Part shown: positions 57,891 to 64,000 of the stretch, in pieces
Layout: each line of letters begins with the position of its first letter
How positions within the stretch are numbered: the first letter of the stretch is position 1
From: an uncultured bacterium
GTDB taxonomy: Bacteria > Latescibacterota > UBA2968 > UBA8231
Length of the DNA: 64,000 nt
Assembly (NCBI GenBank): GCA_964011675.1
Contig: CAXGPR010000004.1
Span: 7,901-71,900 of the forward strand
Direction: 5' to 3'
Translations under genes and position numbers: made by a program
Notes under the pieces: generated by a model
What the model was told of the DNA's origin: nothing
Seen by the model: the letters and a program-made list of their open reading frames with translations, nothing else
Database searches by the model: none

Positions 57891-59336
57891 TCAGAACGCA
57901 TTCCCTAAATCGATGAATACGTCTCTCTGCTCTTCTGAATACCCCATCTCCATCCGAATCACAAAGTCATTATCCCAGGAGAGACGGATTCCTCCCCCTG
58001 CACTAACGTGCATTCCGCCCAAACCCACTTCGGTTAGGTCTGGCCAAACTCTTCCCATATCAACATATCCCGCCCCGTACCACTCTAAATACTGCCCCGC
58101 AAACCACATCGAATGCACCTTATAGCGCGCTTCCAGGTTGGAAAAAAAGCGTATGTCGTCCGTAAAACGCTGCGTATCAAATCCGCGCAACGAGTCGCTT
58201 CCTCCCAGCCCCTTAACACGTCTACTGCCACCGATCTCTCCGTATGCGTAGAGTGGTATTTCGCCGGCTAACACCTCAAAGACCGCTCGATGGGCAAACG
58301 TAAGTCTATCGGAAACAGGAAGGTATCGCATATCGGTAAACGTATAGCGCTGAAAGTTGATCTCCTTGAAAAACAGCCCAATAAGAGAGTTACGCGCACT
58401 CTCATACGACCACTCGTGAAAAACGCCCCTACTGGGTAACGTCTCATCGTCGCGGCTGTCCCATTCCAGCGTGCAACCCAGAAAGCCAGTGAAACCGTCT
58501 CGCACGCCGTCGGGCGTGCCTTGGTCAAGGTAAAAAGCCGCAACTCCACGCTGTTTGACCTCGGTATTTTCCAAGCCAAAACCGATCGATGCCGTGACGG
58601 GACCGTGTATATGCCGTAGAAAACTAGCCAAAAGACGAGGCGCTTCGCTCAGGACGTAGTAGTAATAATTCTCGTCTATGTATTTACTATTTCCTGCTTC
58701 GATCAGTTCCTTGTCAAACGGGCTGCTATTACCCAGTCCATAGTATCGAGTGCGTAAGTTCCGCTCCAGTCGCGCCTCGAGACGCACTCCAAAACCCGTG
58801 CCCGAAATGCGCGGCACCTTAAGTCGAATGCGGTTCTTGAGTTTTCCCTCTGTCGATCGCTGCACGTGCAACGTGAGTTTGTAGCGATAGGGACGGCGTC
58901 TGTAGTCGACCCAATGCATTCGCATACCCACATTCCAGCCCGTGTTGGAACTGAGATATGCGAAAGGGAGTCCGGTAACCCCGTAGGGGACGTCTCCGAG
59001 CGTGAACTGACGCCGCTTTGAAAGCCAGCGGACAGCACCGACAGTATTTTCTGTGGCAGTCAGAGGCGCCCGAACGATTGCCTGTGGCAACCCCTTTTTC
59101 GCAGCCGCCGTGTCAGCCGACACTTCGGCCTGCGCCCAACCCATACTAGACGATAGGCACAGGAATAAACTCCACCCCCGGATATATTTAGTCAGAACAT
59201 GCTGCGAGGAGCCAATCTCAGGATAAGCGTTCAAAGCGGAGACGATCCTCTTGGGTAGGTTCAGCGTCCAGGGCAAATCGAACTGGTGTAAGGGCGATTT
59301 CTTGGTTTTGTAGCGCAACGACATCACCGCTTTCAC
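57891..59336 (-). CDS. Outer-membrane beta-barrel protein (Omp85/surface-antigen-like C-terminus). The 5' end is uncertain.
   Basis: The C-terminus ...GGIRLSWDNDFVIRMEMGYSEEQRDVFIDLGNAF. A signal-peptide-like segment (KYIRGWSLFLCLSSSMGWAQA) occurs only about 47 codons into the ORF. As drawn, the ORF overlaps surE by 119 nt. Confidence 0.5.
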   Translation of the reverse strand: MKAVMSLRYKTKKSPLHQFDLPWTLNLPKRIVSALNAYPEIGSSQHVLTKYIRGWSLFLCLSSSMGWAQAEVSADTAAAKKGLPQAIVRAPLTATENTVGAVRWLSKRRQFTLGDVPYGVTGLPFAYLSSNTGWNVGMRMHWVDYRRRPYRYKLTLHVQRSTEGKLKNRIRLKVPRISGTGFGVRLEARLERNLRTRYYGLGNSSPFDKELIEAGNSKYIDENYYYYVLSEAPRLLASFLRHIHGPVTASIGFGLENTEVKQRGVAAFYLDQGTPDGVRDGFTGFLGCTLEWDSRDDETLPSRGVFHEWSYESARNSLIGLFFKEINFQRYTFTDMRYLPVSDRLTFAHRAVFEVLAGEIPLYAYGEIGGSRRVKGLGGSDSLRGFDTQRFTDDIRFFSNLEARYKVHSMWFAGQYLEWYGAGYVDMGRVWPDLTEVGLGGMHVSAGGGIRLSWDNDFVIRMEMGYSEEQRDVFIDLGNAF

Positions 59337-60027
59337 CTTTTATCTGCAAACCAGAAAATGCGTGTTCGAAACGATCTCCCTCGGCGTGGCGTTTAAACGT
59401 CGAACCGTAAATGGTGGGTGTTATACCCGCAAAACGACGAGGCGTGTCTGCAGAAAGGGTCGTCGGCATGTTAACTGTCATGAGAGACGCAACAGAAGGT
59501 AATCCACTCCGCCATACCTCTTCTGTTATGCTACGGGTGACCTCTACTGCGCTGTCTATTAACTGTTCCGTTGGTGTTTCCAAACGACGCTCGCGACGCC
59601 AAAGCGCATAGTCATGCTTAGGCAGTTCAAGAGAAAAAGCCAGAGAAGGAACCCCCGCTAAAAAACCTTCTACGGCAGCCCCTACCGTGCCCGAACTGAG
59701 AAAAAAGGCCAATCCGGCATTTGTTCCCATGTTGATACCTGATACTACGAGAGCAGGAGGGCAATCGAATAGCGCATGCACGCCTATATTGGCACAGTCG
59801 GCAGGATATCCGTCCAAGGTCCAAATATGCTGTCCCCATCGATCAACCGAATCGAGTGCGACAGGATTAAAACGGCTAATCACCTTACCTGTCCAACTGC
59901 ATTCAGAAGCAGGTACGACCGTTCTCACCTGAGCAATAGAAGACAGAGCGGGAATAAGCGGCGCTAGAACGGGAGAATCTATTCCATCGTCATTTGTTAA
60001 AAGTATCCATGGATCACTATGTGCCAA
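59218..60027 (-). CDS. surE: 5'/3'-nucleotidase SurE
   Basis: The N-terminal ILLTNDDGIDSP motif and the SurE fold. Length 269 aa. Confidence 0.85.
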   Translation of the reverse strand: MAHSDPWILLTNDDGIDSPVLAPLIPALSSIAQVRTVVPASECSWTGKVISRFNPVALDSVDRWGQHIWTLDGYPADCANIGVHALFDCPPALVVSGINMGTNAGLAFFLSSGTVGAAVEGFLAGVPSLAFSLELPKHDYALWRRERRLETPTEQLIDSAVEVTRSITEEVWRSGLPSVASLMTVNMPTTLSADTPRRFAGITPTIYGSTFKRHAEGDRFEHAFSGLQIKGESGDVVALQNQEIALTPVRFALDAEPTQEDRLRFERLS

Positions 60028-60106
60028 ACAGTCTCACCTTTCTCTTTCACTTTTTCGGGAAGTAACATAAATATACAGAGCGGATCCTGAGCTCCCAAAT
60101 ATTTAC

Positions 60107-60400
60107 TTGCCACAATTCGCAGCCCCCGTGTTATTTTGTCTTATGGACGATATGGATATGCTACGAGAATTGGAATTTCTAGCCGCTGAGTTAGCAATTG
60201 AAGTCCGCTACGAGCACATAGAGGGTATGGGGGGCCTGTGTCGCTACGGCGGCAAGGCCCATCTTATTATGCCTGTCGACTTGCCCAAGGCTCAACGCAT
60301 CAATGCGCTTATAGATACGCTAGCGCGCCAACCGACCGATGAAATATTTTTACGACCAGATATTCGCGACTTATTGGAAAGTAGAAATAGGACGCGATAG
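60107..60400 (+). CDS. Hypothetical small protein (about 85-97 aa)
   Basis: An ORF with no recognisable family. The start is ambiguous (ATG 60107 or the downstream MDDMDML). Confidence 0.3.
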   Translation: MPQFAAPVLFCLMDDMDMLRELEFLAAELAIEVRYEHIEGMGGLCRYGGKAHLIMPVDLPKAQRINALIDTLARQPTDEIFLRPDIRDLLESRNRTR

Positions 60401-60505
60401 GCGTGTTACATAAGTACTATGTTTACTTGAACTTTACCACGCTTTTGGGTATATTTTTTTCACCTTTTCTTCGCTGTTTGCGCCCTTTTATGAGGACACA
60501 CCCTT

Positions 60506-63500
60506 ATGCTCATTCGCATAATCGCATTTACACTCTCTCTCTTAGCCTTGAGCCAACACGCATACGCCCTCCGCTTCTATGTGAATCCCGAAACGGGTGA
60601 TGATCGCCGTAGCGTGCGCGCGGCTCAAGATCCGACCACTGCGTTTAAAACCATTACTCAAGCGCTACGTATCGCCCACTTGATACCCGAGAAGCGACCG
60701 CACGTCGTTCAATTAACACCGGGCACTTATTCTCCGAGCATGGGCGAACCTTTCCCGTTACAGATTTCACAGTCGGACATCTACGTGCAGGTAAATGGAC
60801 AAGCGACATTCGACGGCGAAGGCAAATCCAACTTTTTCCACATCACGGCTCCGACAAGCGAATTCCTCATAAAGGACATCGAGTTTCGCAATGGCCTAAG
60901 CGAAAAGGGCGGCGTTGCATACTGCAAGACGTGCACGCTCCGCGTAACGAATAATCGTTTTTTCAACAATCGCTCAACCGAAGGCGGCCACCTCATATAC
61001 AGCGAGAACGGGCAGCTCAAATTTTACAACAACTTGGTGCGCAACAACGGCATCAACTCCGACACCTTAGCCGTCATAGATCTGCGCCACACGTCTGCCG
61101 ACACGTCTGTGCGCAATGAGATTCGCAACAACACCTTTTATCGTAACTCCTCGACGAATATCAGGACCGCTAACACGCAGACTCGTATAAGCAGCAACAT
61201 GTTCATCGACCCAGAAAGGGAAGCCATACGCAACGCATCGGACAGCGCGACGCCCTTTATCGGTCACAATCTATTTTGGCAGACAGAGGTCTTGTATATT
61301 TCAGACCAGAGAGACAGCGTGCAAATCCAACGGGCCGACCGTGACACGATGGCCTTTTCCTCGGATTTAATTTCTCTTCCGTCGTTTATGAGGAACGCAC
61401 CCGATATCCGCGCGCTTTCTTTCCGCAGCGACACGCTGAGCCTAAGCGATCTCAACATGCGTCTCCCTCCGTTTGTGACTAATGCGCCCGACACGCTGCT
61501 CATAGCAGGCCAGACACACCAATATCTCATCGGCTTAACAGGGCCAGTATATCAGTACGCTCAGTATGCGATAGAGCCGCTAGAGATACCCACCGGCGCA
61601 GAAATCCTTAGCGTAGATGCTTCATCTCGTTTCATCATCTGGCAGACGACGCTCGGTGACACTATGCGCCATACGATACGTTTTAAAATGACTGATCCCT
61701 TCGGCTCTGTAGACACCTTGTCATATGATCTGAACGTCCTTACAGCACAGAACTTTCCCGACACAACTAGCTTCCGCGCATTGAGCGATTCCGAAGGCCG
61801 GTTTGCAGGAATGTACCGCGAGGTCAACACGATCGAAGTGCCACACGAGGCAAATCAACTTTACGAATATGACATTGATGTAAAGGGTGACAAATCCCAG
61901 TATCAATTCACAGCACTCGAACTTCCAGAAGGCGCTACAGTTACAGACGGCCTCATCAACTGGGAACCGACCCTAACCGATACCGGTCGCAGCCAAGTCA
62001 GCGTAAAAATCGTCGACCCATCGGGCGATGCAGACACGCTCAAACACGACATTTATGTGTTTCTACCGGGCACCTTACCCGATACAACTTCAGCAAATCG
62101 TCTCATAACAACTACACTCACGCCGGATACAACGGGAGCAATCACCGCACTTAATGCGCTTACGCCAAGTTTCGCTTCGGCAGCAAGTGCGGTAGGTAAT
62201 GTATACGCAGATCCCGCTGTTCTCGACACAATGGTCAATCGATTTGAGTTGCTCGGCGGAGTGTCACCAGGAATTGATGCAGGCACACCGGTAAGCGCAT
62301 TAAACGATCAGTTTCGCAACAACGCAAATCCAGCAGTACCCAATGAGAACCGCAATGACATGGGCTATCTGGGCGGTCCCTTTAACAGCGGACCCCCCGC
62401 ACCGGAAGCACCGGATGGCACCTTTTTCGATTTAGCCATTACGAGCCTTCCCGACAGCGTAGTGATGGAAGGTGAGACCTTTATTTACGACCCAACGCTA
62501 TCTCCCAACGCGAGTATCAACATAATCGATCTGATTACAGACGTGCCGGGTTCGTCCCTTCCGCCTACGATGGGGCCATATTCACCCTTTGCCACCACCC
62601 CACCCATCCAGTGGACCCCTACGCTTGCCGATACAGGCTCTTACTTGGTTGGGGTAACCGTTTACGACATTTATGGTAATTCAGGACGTCACTATTTTCC
62701 TCTGCGAGTCAGGCCCCTAAACGAACGCCCATACTTGACAACTGAGGCCGACACAACGGCTCTTGAAGACGAACCTTACACTTACTCTATACAGGCCAGC
62801 GATGTCGACGGAGATACGTTGACCTATTCGCTGACTGCTGGCCCCGAAGGTATGTCTGTCGACCCCACAACAGGCCTGGTTGCGTGGTCTCCAACCCAAG
62901 ATGATTTGGGCAGTAAAACTGTTATAATCGACATCAACGACGGTAACGGGGGCGTATTCACGCATAGTTTCACCCTATCCGTAAGCAACACAAACGATGC
63001 ACCTACGATTATTTCCTCTCCGGATACAACCGCATTGGAAGATGCCTTATTCAGTTACGTTTTATTAGCAACCGACCCCGACCCGTCTGATACGCTGAGC
63101 TATGCGCTTTCCAGTGGCCCAACCGGCGCACGCATTGACAGCGCTGGAGTTGTGAATTGGACGCCTACCCAAAATCAGGTCGGCACGCAGCGTTTCACGG
63201 TTACCGTGGCCGATTTAAGTAATGCTATCGCGACTCAGGAATTTTACGTACATGTCAGTGAATTTGACGACCCGCCAACTCTTGCAACCATACCTGTTAC
63301 ATCCGCCACAGAGGACAGCCCCTACCAAATGAGCTTACAGGCCAACGATGAAGAAGGCGGACCGCTACAATATATCCTGTCTGTCGCCCCCGAGTCTATG
63401 ATAGTCGATAGTACAGGTATCTTGACCTGGCTTCCTTCAGCCGCTGACGTTGGCAGTCAAATCGTCGAGGTAACGATAACAGACCCATCTGGTCAGTCTG

Positions 63501-64000
63501 CCAGCCTCTCCTTCACAATTGAAGTGCAGGCCGTAAACGACGCTCCGCAGATCATCACTCAAATACCAGAATCACCAAACCTGCTCAACGTATACCGCGA
63601 CGCCATTACTTTCCTCTTATCGGCAAGCGACGAGGAGAATGACCCACTCAGCTTCTCTTGGTTGGTAAATGGCGCAGTACAAGTAGATGAACGGGATAGT
63701 ACTTTTTTTTATGCCCCCGCTTCGGCTCGCATCGACACGATAACCGCGCAGATTAGCGATGCCAACATTACAGAGGAATTCACCTGGCAACTAGATAGTC
63801 GCAGCATTCCACGCCTCGCCTTGGATCGCGCGTTCGCTCAGTTTGGCAACATTGCGATAGACGATTCGGCGAGCACTGAGATCAACTTGTTTAATACGGG
63901 TGAAACAACGCTTCTTATCAGCGAACTGCAGGTAGCCAACCTTCGATTTACCGCGAGCTTTAGCTCGAGGTCCGTTGAGCCCGGTCAGTCAACTACATTT
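60506..64000 (+). CDS. Giant secreted adhesin-like protein: right-handed parallel beta-helix N-domain plus at least five cadherin-like/putative-Ig (He_PIG-type) repeats. It is 3' truncated by the window edge (at least 1165 aa).
   Basis: I translated by hand from the ATG at 60506 to nt 64000 and found no stop. A signal peptide (MLIRIIAFTLSLLALSQHAYA). A pectate-lyase-like N-terminus (RFYVNPETGDD...AFKTITQAL). Repeats of the form DxDGDTLTYSL..GP.GMSVD..TGLV.W.PTQ.DLGS. The ORF track omits it because no stop lies in the window. Confidence 0.7.
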   Translation, partial: MLIRIIAFTLSLLALSQHAYALRFYVNPETGDDRRSVRAAQDPTTAFKTITQALRIAHLIPEKRPHVVQLTPGTYSPSMGEPFPLQISQSDIYVQVNGQATFDGEGKSNFFHITAPTSEFLIKDIEFRNGLSEKGGVAYCKTCTLRVTNNRFFNNRSTEGGHLIYSENGQLKFYNNLVRNNGINSDTLAVIDLRHTSADTSVRNEIRNNTFYRNSSTNIRTANTQTRISSNMFIDPEREAIRNASDSATPFIGHNLFWQTEVLYISDQRDSVQIQRADRDTMAFSSDLISLPSFMRNAPDIRALSFRSDTLSLSDLNMRLPPFVTNAPDTLLIAGQTHQYLIGLTGPVYQYAQYAIEPLEIPTGAEILSVDASSRFIIWQTTLGDTMRHTIRFKMTDPFGSVDTLSYDLNVLTAQNFPDTTSFRALSDSEGRFAGMYREVNTIEVPHEANQLYEYDIDVKGDKSQYQFTALELPEGATVTDGLINWEPTLTDTGRSQVSVKIVDPSGDADTLKHDIYVFLPGTLPDTTSANRLITTTLTPDTTGAITALNALTPSFASAASAVGNVYADPAVLDTMVNRFELLGGVSPGIDAGTPVSALNDQFRNNANPAVPNENRNDMGYLGGPFNSGPPAPEAPDGTFFDLAITSLPDSVVMEGETFIYDPTLSPNASINIIDLITDVPGSSLPPTMGPYSPFATTPPIQWTPTLADTGSYLVGVTVYDIYGNSGRHYFPLRVRPLNERPYLTTEADTTALEDEPYTYSIQASDVDGDTLTYSLTAGPEGMSVDPTTGLVAWSPTQDDLGSKTVIIDINDGNGGVFTHSFTLSVSNTNDAPTIISSPDTTALEDALFSYVLLATDPDPSDTLSYALSSGPTGARIDSAGVVNWTPTQNQVGTQRFTVTVADLSNAIATQEFYVHVSEFDDPPTLATIPVTSATEDSPYQMSLQANDEEGGPLQYILSVAPESMIVDSTGILTWLPSAADVGSQIVEVTITDPSGQSASLSFTIEVQAVNDAPQIITQIPESPNLLNVYRDAITFLLSASDEENDPLSFSWLVNGAVQVDERDSTFFYAPASARIDTITAQISDANITEEFTWQLDSRSIPRLALDRAFAQFGNIAIDDSASTEINLFNTGETTLLISELQVANLRFTASFSSRSVEPGQSTTF

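Noticed and set aside
1-64000. CRISPR arrays, IS elements, prophage or defence-system genes
   Set aside because: I saw no regularly spaced direct repeats in any intergenic region. No transposase, integrase other than the housekeeping XerC, restriction-modification, or phage structural motifs appear in any translated ORF.

Overview
This 64-kb window is chromosomal and mostly housekeeping, apparently from a Bacteroidota/FCB-group bacterium (about 52-54% GC). That placement is inferred from two proteins carrying type IX secretion (T9SS) C-terminal sorting domains, a PorQ/PorV-like barrel, and an exbB-exbD-exbD-tonB cluster. Genes that can be named with reasonable support:

- **Translation and envelope:** htrA (3' part), pssA, tatA, gatA, a nickel superoxide dismutase (sodN) with a cleavable pro-peptide, lnt overlapping tatC, rsmE.
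- **Sugar-related cluster:** manC, manA, an MtnK-like kinase, a sialidase, a ManD-family dehydratase.
- **DNA/protein maintenance operon:** topA-xerC-hslV-hslU (classic order), thyA-pheA, thiN.
- **Other operons:** map with an MBL hydrolase; nrdR immediately upstream of a class II ribonucleotide reductase (nrdJ) with candidate NrdR boxes between them; a TPR-exbB-exbD-exbD-tonB unit; an ECF sigma/anti-sigma pair abutting accD-bioY; surE.
- **Cell surface:** two very large surface proteins. One is a 1127-aa FG-GAP/VCBS protein with a T9SS C-terminal domain. The other is a beta-helix plus cadherin-like-repeat adhesin of more than 1165 aa that runs off the 3' end of the window.
- **RNA genes:** tandem tRNA-Cys(GCA) and tRNA-Leu(TAA) on the minus strand.

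I found no CRISPR array, transposase, phage gene or recognisable defence gene.

The observations most worth a second look:

1. A three-gene envelope module (13988-16698) in which an outer-membrane barrel and an inner-membrane coiled-coil protein share a paralogous periplasmic N-domain.
2. Three decayed gene remnants: an ankyrin-repeat ORF with an in-frame TGA sitting in frame right behind the TVP38 gene, a sulfatase N-terminal stub, and a lamin-tail-domain fragment.
3. An ECF sigma/anti-sigma pair translationally coupled to accD-bioY.
4. An overlapping aspartate-dehydrogenase-like/aminotransferase pair.
5. An HslV with a five-residue N-terminal pro-sequence.
6. A (GAY-GGY)5 repeat inside topA.
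7. A perfect 8-bp inverted repeat in the nrdJ leader.

Start codons are uncertain for several genes. The ORF track uses TTG and GTG as well as ATG, and internal ATGs with Shine-Dalgarno support were preferred where noted.
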